Origin: Azolla caroliniana
Lineage: Eukaryota > Plantae > Polypodiophyta
Direction of reading: 5' to 3'
Assembly (NCBI GenBank): GCA_043228905.1
Contig: JBHGNT010000006.1
Coordinates: 5,146,001-5,210,000, forward strand
Length of the DNA stretch: 64,000 nucleotides
Shown: one piece after another, positions 1 to 11,856 of the stretch
Layout of the letters: each line of letters opens with the position of its first letter
Numbering within the stretch: position 1 is the stretch's first letter
Translations under genes and position numbers: made by a program
Notes under the pieces: generated by a model
What the model was told of the DNA's origin: nothing
The model's database searches: none
Seen by the model: only the letters and a program-made list of their open reading frames with translations

Positions 1-50
1 CGGGCCATAGGTAGAAACAAGGTGAAACGTGCAGGAACATCGGTTTACGC

Positions 51-754
51 TGTCGTAGTGTATTCCACACACTACGTGAAAACCATAAAATAATATATCC
101 GATTTTAGATACATATAAATAAATAAATAATATATCAAAAGAATTTATCACGTGCATAGGGCAAGATTCAAACCATGTACCTCCACGTAGATAAACCCCA
201 ACTTTACCATTGTAATAACTTATCTTTAGTGTTATAAATATAGATTTAATACATATAAGACCTTTATTTACATATACCTTTATTAAAAGGTAAAAATCAT
301 GTATTCTTTAGAGTGTGAATATTTTATTTACACGTGACATTAAAAGTGACTCATGCACATCTAGCGTGCATGAGCCCTATATTTAGGAAATGACAAAGCA
401 TCACATGCACATTTAGTGTGCATGGACACTTTAGGTGAAAAAGCATGAAGCCATGCTTAGCCTCTTCCATCTTTATATAAGGAGGAGAGAAATATGTATA
501 AGGTTGTTGATTAATATACAAGGATTGATCAATCTAATATATTCGTGGGATTCACGAATTTTGCCATCTAATTGCTCTTATAATCTAAATATTGTTTTTA
601 TTACACTAAACTCGTGGGATTCACGAGATTGCTATCTTACTTCTCTTTCCACTATTCATAACTAGCCTTAAGTTGTATTCCTCTTCCTCCTAGTCAAAAA
701 CCTCGGCGGTTCCCACCCGACTCACGCAACGATCCGGAGCCGAAGGGCACGACA
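51..754 (+). repeat. 5' LTR of element A (704 bp)
   Basis: Near-identical to 6402-7073. TATA-like TATATAA near 474. Confidence 0.95.
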
Positions 755-758
755 CAGT

Positions 759-775
759 TGGTGAACCCGACGTGA
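759..775 (+). promoter_or_regulatory. Primer-binding site complementary to the tRNA-Trp 3' end
   Basis: TGGTGAACCCGACGTGA is the reverse complement of TCACGTCGGGTTCACCA, the 3' end of plant cytosolic tRNA-Trp. The same PBS occurs at 10619-10635, 11817-11833 (mutated) and 20094-20110, and on the minus strand at 26923-26939, 39372-39388 and 43956-43972. Confidence 0.9.
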
Positions 776-793
776 AACCCGGGTAGCAAGGAG

Positions 794-2833
794 ATGGAAA
801 ATCAACCGGAGGCTAGCAACATGATGATGATGTTCGAGCGCATGCTACAAGAACAACGCGCGATGTCAGAGATAGCGGCATCAGTGGAGCGGCTCGTGCA
901 ACGAAATGGGCAATTCAACGGGAAAGACGTGTCGCGGTATCTTCGGGACTACAAGGCGGAGATGCTACGGTGCGGAATATCAGAAGGACTGCAAGTGACC
1001 TCCTTCAACCGGGTGGCGACCGACGGGCTTCAAGCAAGCATCCATGGGCTACGACAGCAAAATCCGACATGGGAGGCGTTTGAAGTAGAGCTAAAGAGGA
1101 CGTTCGCCATCGAGGATTCCTCCAAGGCGACGCGAAGGGGATTCGAAGATTGGGTGGAGACGCCGGACAAGGGATTGAAGGTCGTTGATGTGTTTTCGGC
1201 ATTCGAAAGCCAGTTCGGGAGGTTGTCCACGAGAGATCAAGCTATCCTCGTACCGGACAAGGTGATCATGTTCTTGCGAGCCGTGGACGTCCGGGACCGG
1301 AAAGATCTCGGAGTGCTCTTGGAGGACATGACCACAGAGAGTGGTCTCACTGAAACATGGGATAGCGTGTGGGATATCATTGCGCGATACACGAAGAGGG
1401 GGCAATGGGTTGCCAACGAGGAAAAGAGGGTTTCAGAACTGATTCCGAAACCGAGAACCGGATTGGAAGACCATCAACCGAGGGCTCGAGAGACTACAAC
1501 CGAGAAGGGGATTGATGCATCTACGGTGGAGCAACTATTGAAGGAGATGGAGAATCTGAAGATCGCGATGGTGAAGAAGTCGGATGACCGCCCCACAAGC
1601 TCCAAGTATACGGACCGACGGTGCATATGGTGCGATAGCGCCGAACACAATCGGAGGGATTGCGACGAGCATAAGGAGGCGCTACGGCGGGATCTCATCT
1701 ACTACGAGGGAAACCGGATTCATTCGATGGACTCTCGGAAGCCACTCCGACCAAATTTCCGGAAAGGCGGCATGAAGAAGGTGCTCGAGGAGGAATTGGC
1801 GGCAAGAAGCAACTATGCGACAACCGCGGGAATATGTGTCGGGGAGTCATCGAGAGCAAAGACGTCTTTTTGGCCGGAAGTTCTAGAAAACACCGAGAAA
1901 ACCGACTCCAACGAGATCCGAAGCACCGCGGAAGGCGTCCGGGAAGCTACGGGATGGGAGTGCCCTGTCAACAAGAATAGCGTATATGCCCTGTGTCAAT
2001 TGCATAAGGTGTATGTGGACGAGAAACGACGACGCACAGAGGATGCGGCCGGGCCATCGAAGATACCGGAAAGCTGGAACTCCGGAGGTAAGGGAAAAGA
2101 AAAGGCGACTCCGGCATTCAAGCTCGCCTCGGACATAGAACAACAAACCGACTTGAAAAGAGTGTTCGAGGAAAGAATCTTGGATAGCCGGGTAGATTTC
2201 TCGCTTCGGGAGCTACTCGGAATAGCAAAGGAGTTCCACGATCTTCTCGTGGATCTCGTGAAGCGAAAAAGACAAAGTACGGAGGAAAATGCTCCAAGGG
2301 TGAATGCGAACACCGTTTTAATGAACGACACCGAAGTGGAGGACGAAATTCCGAACTCCCACTATACAAGGCCACATTGGGCACGCGCAACTACGGAGAC
2401 TCCGGTCCGAATCGGCAACATCAAAGAACCCGTGCTAGCATTGATTGATCACGGATCTGAGATCAACTTGATGTCCAAGGAGTTCTACCGAAAGGGGAAG
2501 TGGCCTATTAACACCAACCATGGATGGAAGATTCGGGCGGCCACCAAAGCAACGGAAGATCTATTTGCGGCTTGTCCGGATGTGACGGTGAAGATCGGGG
2601 ATGTCGAGATCGACCAAAATTTCTTCGTGCAAGATGAGGTTTCACATTCCGTCATCCTCGGCCAACCCTTTATCACAGCATCACGGATGGAGATGAAGGT
2701 GCTCGATAGCGGTGCGGCTTTTGCGCGAATTCGGAGCCAAAACGGTGGGAAATCCGTCCAATTCCTAACGGTGCCGGCAAATCACAAAAGGAACAAGAGG
2801 GAACTCTTGTCCCAAGTGAGAATGGATTTTTAA
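794..2833 (+). CDS. gag: Gag-protease polyprotein of element A (679 aa)
   Basis: Open ORF with a capsid-like N-terminus, CCHC knuckle CIWCDSAEHNRRDC and aspartic protease ALIDHGSEIN...VILGQPF. Ends at the GGATTTTTAA slippery site. Confidence 0.9.
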   Translation: MENQPEASNMMMMFERMLQEQRAMSEIAASVERLVQRNGQFNGKDVSRYLRDYKAEMLRCGISEGLQVTSFNRVATDGLQASIHGLRQQNPTWEAFEVELKRTFAIEDSSKATRRGFEDWVETPDKGLKVVDVFSAFESQFGRLSTRDQAILVPDKVIMFLRAVDVRDRKDLGVLLEDMTTESGLTETWDSVWDIIARYTKRGQWVANEEKRVSELIPKPRTGLEDHQPRARETTTEKGIDASTVEQLLKEMENLKIAMVKKSDDRPTSSKYTDRRCIWCDSAEHNRRDCDEHKEALRRDLIYYEGNRIHSMDSRKPLRPNFRKGGMKKVLEEELAARSNYATTAGICVGESSRAKTSFWPEVLENTEKTDSNEIRSTAEGVREATGWECPVNKNSVYALCQLHKVYVDEKRRRTEDAAGPSKIPESWNSGGKGKEKATPAFKLASDIEQQTDLKRVFEERILDSRVDFSLRELLGIAKEFHDLLVDLVKRKRQSTEENAPRVNANTVLMNDTEVEDEIPNSHYTRPHWARATTETPVRIGNIKEPVLALIDHGSEINLMSKEFYRKGKWPINTNHGWKIRAATKATEDLFAACPDVTVKIGDVEIDQNFFVQDEVSHSVILGQPFITASRMEMKVLDSGAAFARIRSQNGGKSVQFLTVPANHKRNKRELLSQVRMDF

Positions 2834-5800
2834 AGCGGACTGTTGCGGAGTGGGGAAGTGATAGTCCGAGAAGCCCTGATACCCCACACAAGAAGAAAAC
2901 TCTCGGAGCAAAACATGTACGAATCGGTCCGGATGGGGCATCTACGTACACGACCGTAACCGGAGGATTGAAGAAAGGATACCGACAAGTGGAGGATAAG
3001 TTGCGGTCGGCATCAATAATAAAAGAAGATGAAGAAATCGTGGGGATAGTCGAAGAAGTGTTCTATGAGAGCACGCTACAACGACTTGAAGAGCTTACGG
3101 AAGATAAAAGCCAAGGGAACCGGGTAGTCCCGGTGGAATCGGTCAAGATGTACGAGATCATTGCGAAAATGGAGCCGGATACGCTCTGCAAAGAAGAAGC
3201 AATGGTAAGTACGAAATACAAGACCGTGGAGAAGAAGGTGAAACCGGCCGCGGGACCACTACCCGCCGATAGCGAACAAAAGAGGAAAGAAGTCTCGGGA
3301 GATCCGACACTTCGGAAGTCCGTGGATATCGGACATGCCTTCACGGATGAGACCCAGAAGAAACTTCGGATCGGTGGAGGTGGGTTCCTATTACAAAAAG
3401 AAGAAGAACGGTTTCGCGAGATGTTGGAGCAACACGGCAAAGCGTTTGCATTTACATCAAGGGAGATAGGGTGCGTCGATCCGAGAATAGTGGAGCTGAT
3501 GGTGATCTTCACGATTGACCATGTACCGTGGAACCTAAAGCCGATTTCGGTGCCACGAGCGCATATTCCGAAAGTCATTGACTTGCTCAAGGAGAAGGTG
3601 GCGATGGGGATTCTAGAGCCATCAACTGCTCCGTACTCAAATCGATGGTTTACGGTTCCGAAGAACAATGGGTCACTCCGATTTATCCAAGACTTGCAAC
3701 CGGTGAATAAGGTCACGATCCGGAACTCGGGAGTCGGTCCGATAGTGGACGAATTTGCGGAAGCTTTTGCCGGTCGTGCGATATACTCCATCGGAGACCT
3801 ATACTCGGGGTATGACCAATTCGAACTAGCCGTGGAGAGCCGAGACATCACAACCATGCGAACACCGATAGGATTAGTCCGAATGTGCACACTACCACAA
3901 GGAGCGACAAACTCGGTTGCTCATATGATGAACGCGATGAACAAGGTGCTTCGAGATTGCATTCCGGAGATAACGATGCCGTTCCTCGATGCCATTCCGA
4001 TGAAAGGATGCGCGGTAGAAGAAAAAGATGAGACTATGGATGATCGGGGATGCCGAAAGTTCGTGGTCGACCATATTCATGATTGCGAGAAAGTGTTGCG
4101 AAAGCTAGAAGATGTGCACCTAACACTTTCCGGGGAGAAATCGGCATTCGGGCAAGAAGAAATATTGGTGGTCGGACATCTATGTGGGCCCTACGGCCGA
4201 AGACCGTCACCAACAAAGATCGATGCGATTCAAGCTATGGAGGAAGTGTGCGAGTCAACATCCGAAGTCCGAAGGTTTCTCGGTGCATGTGCATTCTATC
4301 ACATATGGATTCCGCACTATGCACATATAGCGGACCCGCTCTACCACTTGTTGCGGAAAGGTAAGAAATTTGAATGGAAACCGGAACACACCAAAGCCAT
4401 GAAGAAATTGAAGAAGACACTTCGGAGGGCGGAAGCACTTAAGAAGCCGAGCTATGACCGACCGATCATAGTAACGGTTGATACAAGTCCAACCGGTATC
4501 GGGTGGGTCATCAACCAAGCCGACTCGGATGGTTCGCAGTATCCGATCCGATTCGGAGCAAAGGTTCTCAACGAAAGGCAACGAGGATATGCACAAGTCA
4601 AAAGAGAACTGTGGGGAGTCGTGTCGGCGATAAAATCGTGCCGAAGTGGTGATCGAGACGGATTGTCTTCCGATACTCGGGATGATGCGGTGTTGTACGA
4701 TACCGGATGTAGCTATGCTAAGGTGGGTTGCATATGTCAAGTCGCTTAATCCGGAGGTTCGACACATCTCGGGGAAGGACAACGCGGTAGCGGATATGTT
4801 ATCAAGGGCTCGGTTCGGAGACGACATAACCGAATCGGATAATGAAGAAGTTTCCGAAGACTACTTCGCGTCGGAGCACATATGCCGAGTAAACGTAATC
4901 CGAGAATTCCGGGAAGAAGAATACGAGGGAGAAAGCTTGATGATCGGAAACATGTTACAAGAGGCCGAGGATTCAACAAACGATAAAGGAAGAAGAGCCG
5001 AGATCCGAAGGAAGAAGAGACAAGTCCAAAAGTTCTTCTTGGAAAACGGATTAATATGGAGGGCGCCGAAAAGACCGGATGGTATACCACTTCGAGTAGT
5101 CAGGACAAAAGAGCAACGAAACCGGATAATGTCCGAGTTTCACGAATCCGATTGGGTTGGACACTGAGGAACATGGGCAACATTTGTGAAGATCAAGCAA
5201 AAATATTGGTGGAAGAAAATGTACAAAGATGTCGCGGAGTTCACGGAAAGCTGCGAGAAATGTCAAGTCTACTCCGGGGTTCGACATCGAGATGAGTTAC
5301 ATCCGACATTCTCACCGACAATCAACTTCAAGTGGATGGTTGACATAGTGGCCATGCCGACCGGGATCGGACAAAAGAAATACTTGGTATTAGCTCGGAA
5401 AGATCTCACGAATCAAGTAGAAGGTCGAGCGCTTCAGAGGAAAACGTGTTTCGCGGTATGCCAATTTCTTTTGGAGGAAGTATTTTGCAGGTACGGGTGC
5501 GTAGGACAAGTGATTGCGGACCGGGGAGAACTCGACTCGGACAAAGCTAGGGGATTCTTCGCCAAACACGGAGTTCGGTTATCGCTGACAACGGCATACA
5601 ATCCGGAGGCCAACGGGAAAATCGAACGAGGACATAGTCCGATCGTGAAAGCACTTGCGAAGGCATGCGATGGAAAGGTGAAGGACTGGCCGCAGATGCT
5701 TCCGTATGCACTATGGGCGGATCGGACGACGCATAGCTCCATAACCGGTTATATGCCGGCAGAACTCATGACCGGACAAGCACCGGTAATGCCGACGGAA

Positions 5801-6400
5801 ACCGCGATCGCAACATGGACAGTGCTACCGTGGAAGGAAGAGATGAGCCGGGAAGAACTACTAGCGGTCCGGATACGACAACTAGAGGGAAGACCGGCAG
5901 ACATAGCGGAAGCAATACGCCGACAACAAGAAGCGCGATTAAGGAACAAAAGCCGGTTCGACACAAAGCACCGACTACGACCGAGGAGGATTGAAGAAGG
6001 AGATTGGGTGATCGTCTATGACAGTAGTTTGGACCATCAACATACAATGATGCGGAAATTCACGAAAAGGTGGTTCGCGCCATACGAGGTTCGGAAAGTC
6101 TTCGACAACGGAACGTACCGACTATCCGAGTTGGATGGAACAATACTACGAGTGCCATAGCCGGGAAGCGGGTGAAGATTTTCAAGAAGCGGACCGACGA
6201 CAAACCCTATGTGATCCAAGCCAAGGCCGACAACGAAGAGCAATCGGATGAAAACCACGGTGATGCGGGAAGCGAAGAAAGTGAATTACAACTCATAGTC
6301 GACATAAGGGGAGAATCGGAGGAAGCTTTGGGTGAAGACGGATATGAGGAATCGAGAACTTCGGCACATACCGGAGGATGTGCGCGTTCGGAGGGGGCGA
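2824..6400 (+). pseudogene. pol: pol (RT-RNase H-integrase) of element A, disrupted
   Basis: In the -1 frame relative to gag. RT LPQG motif present but FLDD is mutated to FLDA. RNase H VDTS and integrase HHCC/DDE present. Frameshift near 4640, stop at 5165, frameshift near 6155. Confidence 0.92.
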
Positions 6401-6401
6401 G

Positions 6402-7073
6402 TGTCGTAGTGTATTCCACACACTACGTGAAAACCATAAAATAATATATCCGATTTTAGATACATATAAATAAATAAATAATATATCAAAAGAATTTATC
6501 ACGTGCATAGGGCAAGATTCAAACCATGCACCTCCACGTAGATAAACCCCAACTTTACCATTGTAATAACTTATCTTTAGTGTTATAAATATAGATTTAG
6601 TACGTATAAGACCTTTATTTACACATACCTTTATTAAAAGGTAAAAATCATGTATTCTTTAGAGTGTGAATATTTTATTTACACGTGACATTAAAAGTGA
6701 CTCATGCACATCTAGCGTGCATGAGCCCTATATTTAGGAAATGACAAAGCATCACATGCACATTTAGTGTGCATGGACACTTTAGGTGAAAAAGCATGAA
6801 GCCATGCTTAGCCTCTTCCATCTTTATATAAGGAGGAGAGAAATATGTATAAGGTTGTTGATTAATATACAAGGATTGATCAATCTAATATATTCGTGGG
6901 ATTCACGAATTTTGCCATCTAATTGCTCTTATAATCTAAATATTGTTTTTATTACACTAAACTCGTGGGATTCACGAGATTGCTATCTTACTTCTCTTTC
7001 CACTATTCATAACTAGCCTTAAGTTGTATTCCCACCCGACTCACGCAACGATCCGGAGCCGAAGGGCACGACA
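6402..7073 (+). repeat. 3' LTR of element A (672 bp, 32-bp deletion relative to the 5' LTR)
   Basis: Direct repeat of 51-754. Confidence 0.95.
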
Positions 7074-7372
7074 ACGCGAGTGCACGCCTCAAGAGAATTA
7101 AATAGGGAAAGTATTAGGCATGAGTATACGGAGGGGCACTAGGTAGTTAGAGCATTAAAGAAGAAATACACCATCGCATATGTAGGGAGAGTTACGAGGA
7201 GAGAGAATCTTGGAAGGGAAAGCGACGGGTCATGTATGCTTGTAACGGTCGCCTCTTGTGCTATAAAAGGAACGACCTTCGACTGTCTTCAAGATGCCAT
7301 TTTTGAGGGGAGAGGATATCCAGAGAGGAGAGGGAGGACAAATCGTTGGAAGGTGCTTCCCCTTGCACGCGT
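7074..7372 (+). repeat. Middle fragment of host LTR X (other pieces at 1-50 and 40152-40529), split by A and B
   Basis: Contains CTATAAAAGG. Bases 1-50 resemble family LTR 5' ends. The sequence rejoins the family motif GCCCGAGTGCT after 40152. Confidence 0.7.
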
Positions 7373-8139
7373 TGTCGCGTTGTTACGCGCGTGCGTGGAG
7401 AAAGGCGGGACCACGGGGGTCTTGGACTAGGGAGTGACGGAGCGTAGGAAGTCGTGCTTCACCGTTTCCGGGGGATCCCAGAAGAACACCGGAAGTGACC
7501 GAAGGGAGAGAGAGAAAGAGAGGGAGCGCGCGCTTAACACCGACTCATGCACACACACGCACACACACACACATGCCGACCCGACTCACGCCCTTATGTA
7601 CAGGAAACGCAAGAAAGGGGAAGCACCCGACACCAACAAAGACGCGAATATACACAGACAGACGCAAATGTATATATATAAAAGGAAGAATACATTCCTG
7701 GCTTCGTGCCGGACCAAGGTAGGTTACAACAGTCGTCTACTGTCAAGCCGCCGTCGGGGAGCTCTCGGCTCGTCGCGCCGAGCGGGTTCTTGCACAGGAG
7801 GCCGAGCCAAAGCAAACCCTAAGCAAAACACGAAGGGGGAAGAAGAAGAAGAAGAAGAAGAAGAAGAAGAAGAAGAAGCGTAACTAACCCTAAATCTAAC
7901 AGTATACCCTCTAATGCAAAAATGGGCAACCCTTTCACAAAGAGCGCTCCCTTCCTTTTATAGAACAAGGAGAGGGATGCGTTACAATGTGGGATAAATC
8001 CCGACTTAACTACTCTTCGACGCCATAAAGGCGCCCTCGTTATTCACACTAAATGTACAAGGGTGAGCACACATGCTGCACCCCGCCGATGTAGCCAATG
8101 TTTCCCGGTTTCCACCTCTGGACGAAATTCTTCACGACA
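7373..8139 (-). repeat. 3' LTR of element B, with (GAA)n and (CA)n microsatellites
   Basis: Direct repeat of 39393-40151. Confidence 0.93.
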
Positions 8140-11100
8140 TCCGCCCCCACCTAACCGCACGTCCACCGGTACGTGCCAATTCCGGTGAAGGGTGAGAGAT
8201 TTCGGCCATTGAGAAACGGGTCTTCCGTAATCCGCATCCCGGCTCGTAGCCGGTTTGATCCATCGGCTTCGGTTCTTCCTTCGCGCTTACCCCCCCGTAG
8301 GCTCATTCGACCCGTCGATGGGTCCTCCACCGCGATCTCCGTAGTATGCGTACTTCCGCTGGCCCGAACGCCCCGATTCCCGCCGTAAGCCCGATGTCCT
8401 CCGCTTGAGGCACGCCCGTAGTGGCCCGCTTGGCCTTCGTTGACCATTCGTGATGTCCTGATTGTCGTCCCATGTTGTTTCGCGTTTCCTTCGTCCTCTC
8501 GCCGCCACCTTCCTTCTTCATGGTCTTATATCGCCGCCATGGTCTCCGGAATAGTGTGGAGGATCCCTTTTCTGGCCTTCTACGCGCTACCTCCGAACCG
8601 CGCAACCTATCTCCGCGCTCGCCTTTCCGCTCCAGCACCTCCGTGCGCCACATACGCTCGTCCGTTGTTTGGCACCGCCTGTGCCATACTCCGGTTCATT
8701 GCACGCCTTGTCGGCCCCTTTCCCGGCCAGATCGTGCATCGCCGCTCACCCGCATACTGGTGTTCTCCTCATCCGAGGAACACCCCGTAGTAGCCCGCTT
8801 GGCCCTTCCCGTCTTCGTGCTGCTACAACAGGTCCTGAGTCTTTCGCTTGCCGTCGTCCCCTCGCCCCCACCAGCTTGTCATCCCGGCTTGTCGTGTCAG
8901 TCTTCGATGCTTCGACGGAGCTATCGAGATCTACGAAGCGAGTGTGGAGGATCCTCGTCCGGCCTCTCTTGCCATCCCCTTGACTCCGACCTTGTGCAGT
9001 CCACTAGGCACTTGTCACCTCGTTCTCGGCACCTCCCTTGCGCCATCTTTCGCTCCCTTCGGTCGGCACCGCTCGTGCCGAACACTGTCCCGTAGTCACG
9101 CTTTGATCTGGCCCGCGATGACCACTTGCGAGACTCTTATTCCATCCCAAGTGCGCCTTTCCGGCCTGACACACCTCCTCGTGTTTGCCCCTACCGACTC
9201 CTTCCAAAACCTCGTGTCGTCGGGTCTCGTTCCCTGCCGCCACCGTCCTTCTCCCTAGGTCTCACGTTGCCACGTTGGCCGAACTGCCGGAGTCTCCGGA
9301 TCGGTGTGAGGGTCCCATAGGACCAGACTCCGTTTCTATGCTTGCCGAAATTCGGGTGTCTTTTTGTTTGAGTCCCTCACGGACTCTTCTCGTGTCTTCC
9401 GCGTAGTCGGGTCCCGTTTCCCGCCGCCACCAACCTTCTCTCTCGGTCTCATGTTGCCACGTTGGCCGAACTGCTGGAGTCTCTGGTTAAGTGTGGGGAT
9501 CCCGTAGGACCGGACTTCCTTTCGCCTACTGACCTTGCCGAAAGGTCCGATTCGGTTCGTAGCCGACCCGCCGGCCTGATACCTTCTTTCTCTGCTTTCG
9601 TCGTCCGGTCACGTTCATTTGCCGCCACCGTCCCTTCCTATAGGACTCACGCCGACTCTCGGGCCAACCGCCGGATCGGTGTGAGGATCTCCGTAGACCG
9701 CCCATCCGTAGCCCTTTTCCTTCGTCACCTCGCCGCCACCATCAGTATCTTGGTCTTACGTCGGCCGCATTGCCGACTGCCGAAGTCTCTAGAACCGGTG
9801 TGAAGGATCCTCTGATTTGTCTTCGTGACCCTGTCCCGGGTCGTCCTTTTCCGCATGCCAAGAGGACGGTTTACTCCGCACCCTCTCCCATGGTACCGAC
9901 GTACCGTCTCCTCGGCCTCTTCGTAGGCCTGTTTTCTTCCTCCCTCCCGGAATGGTCATCCGGGAGTCCGTTGTCGTGAAGAAAACCGTCCACAAGTGGA
10001 ATCGGTGCACCGGAGCGTAGGAACCGGCTCTTCATGCACGTACGCCTTATGTTGTACATAAGAGAGAATTAGGTACATAGAAGATCCTAGGTAGGTAGAT
10101 TTGGTAGGTAGGAAGTTAATGGGAAACGGCTCCTTCCTTGCCTATAAAAGGAGGGAGACGAAGAGAGGACGGGGATCGCGGTTAGAGAGGACGAAGTGCT
10201 GTCGGGTTGTCAGCCGAAGGCTTCTCTCTCTTCCATACTCCGTAGCTTCTTTCTGTGCAGGTTTTCGGGAGGCTCGCGCTGCTCTGAGGAATGCCCGAGT
10301 GCTTCCGGCAACACCTCCAACCTACTCCCTTCTTTCTGAGCGTTTACGAACAGGCATCGGCATCTGTTCGCCGGCCTGTTCGGTTGTAACCGACTTCGTG
10401 CTTCTTGTTGTTTGTCTTTGTTAATATATATATACATACATTCGTGTCTCTCTGCGTCGGTGTCCCACTCGCGTCTTTGTGTCGAAGGGCCGTGTCCCTG
10501 TGAATCTACGCTCACACGTAGTGGGTCCTTTCTCTTCTCCCTTGTCTCTTGCTCTTCGGTACAAGACCCCCGAGGCCCCGCCTCATTCCACGCATCCGCG
10601 AGGAATACCTCGACATCTTGGTGAACCCGACGTGAAGGAGGCGGCAGAAGAGCAGAAGATGAAGGGGTCAGATCTTGCGGAGGCCATGGCTTCGGCCGTG
10701 GATCGGATATTGAGCGCACGCGAGGGCACCAGCGCCCTCGACAGAGCCATTGAGGTGGTCGTCGGTACGATAGGCCGGTTCAGCGGAAAGGATGCCACGA
10801 AGTATTTTGCGTCCTACGGGGCAGAAATGCTGATGCGGGACATTCCGGAAGAGAGGCGTCTTGCCGGGTTCCCTCGAGTGGCGATGCCGAGCATCTATGC
10901 GGAGGTGCTCGAGGTACGGGCGGAGAGCCGTACCTGGGAGGAGTTCGAAGGCCGACTCCTAGAAAAATACGGGCTCGATGATGCGCACCGGCTTTCGAAA
11001 CGGGACTTCATGGAATGTGTGGAGTCCCCCGGCAAGGGAAGAAACGTGTCGGCACTCCTCCGGGAGTTTGAGGAACGCTTTGCGCGCCTTTCGGCGCTTG

Positions 11101-11856
11101 ACCGAACCGTTCTGGATACGAGCCGGGTCCTACTGTTCGTCAAGTCGGTGGACGAGCGGGACCGGGATCAAGTCGGCTCCTTGCTAGAAACCAAAGACGG
11201 TGTCGTGAAGAAAACCGTCCACAAGCGGAATCGGTGCACAGGAGCGTAGGAACCGGCTCTTCTCGAATGTTGTCCATAGAAGATCCTAGGCAGGTAGATT
11301 TAGTGGGTAGGAAGAAAAGGGGGAAACGGCTCCTTCCTTGCCTATAAAAGGGGGGTAGGCGCAAAGGGGGAGGGGATCGCAAAGAGTCGAGGACGGAGTG
11401 CTGGCGGTTTGGGCGCGAAGGTTTCTCTCTCTCTCTGGTTCGCAAGCTCCATAGCTTCCTTCTGTGCAGGTTTCGGGAGGCTCGCGCTGCTCTGAGGAAT
11501 GCCCGAGTGCTTCCGGCAGCACCTCCAACCTACTCCCTCCTTCCTGTGTGTTTACGAGCAGGTATCGGCATCTGTTCGCCGGCCTGTTCGGTTGTAACCG
11601 ACTTCGTGTTTTTGTCGATTGTCTTTGATAATACGTACATACATTCGTGTCTCTCTGTGCCGCTGTCCCACTCGCGCCTTTGTGTCGAAGGGTCGTGTCC
11701 CTGTGCATCTACTCCCGCACGTAGTGGGTCTCTTCTCCTTTTCTGTTGCTCTTCAGTACAGGACCCCCGAGGTCCCGCCTCATTCCACGCATCCGCGAGG
11801 AATACCTCGACATCTTTGGTAATCCCGACGTGAAAGAGGCGGCAGAAAAGCAGAAG

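Larger units (their letters stand above)
51..7073 (+). mobile_element. Element A: full-length Ty3/gypsy LTR retrotransposon (tRNA-Trp family, divergent subfamily), pol decayed
   Basis: Direct-repeat LTRs 51-754 and 6402-7073 (TGTCG...CGACA). TSD ACGC on both sides (47-50, 7074-7077). PBS 759-775, PPT GGAGGGGGCGAG before the 3' LTR, domain order gag-PR-RT-RH-IN. Confidence 0.96.

Noticed and set aside
435-665. Identical 76-aa ORFs at 435-665 and 6786-7016
   Set aside because: They lie inside the two LTRs of A, start with GTG and have no motif. Identity reflects LTR duplication.
11746-11856. Gag N-terminal extension starting inside the LTR and reading through the PBS
   Set aside because: It is open in D and E but uses non-ATG starts, its sequence differs between elements, and the frame is shifted in C. 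The ATG after the PBS is more plausible.
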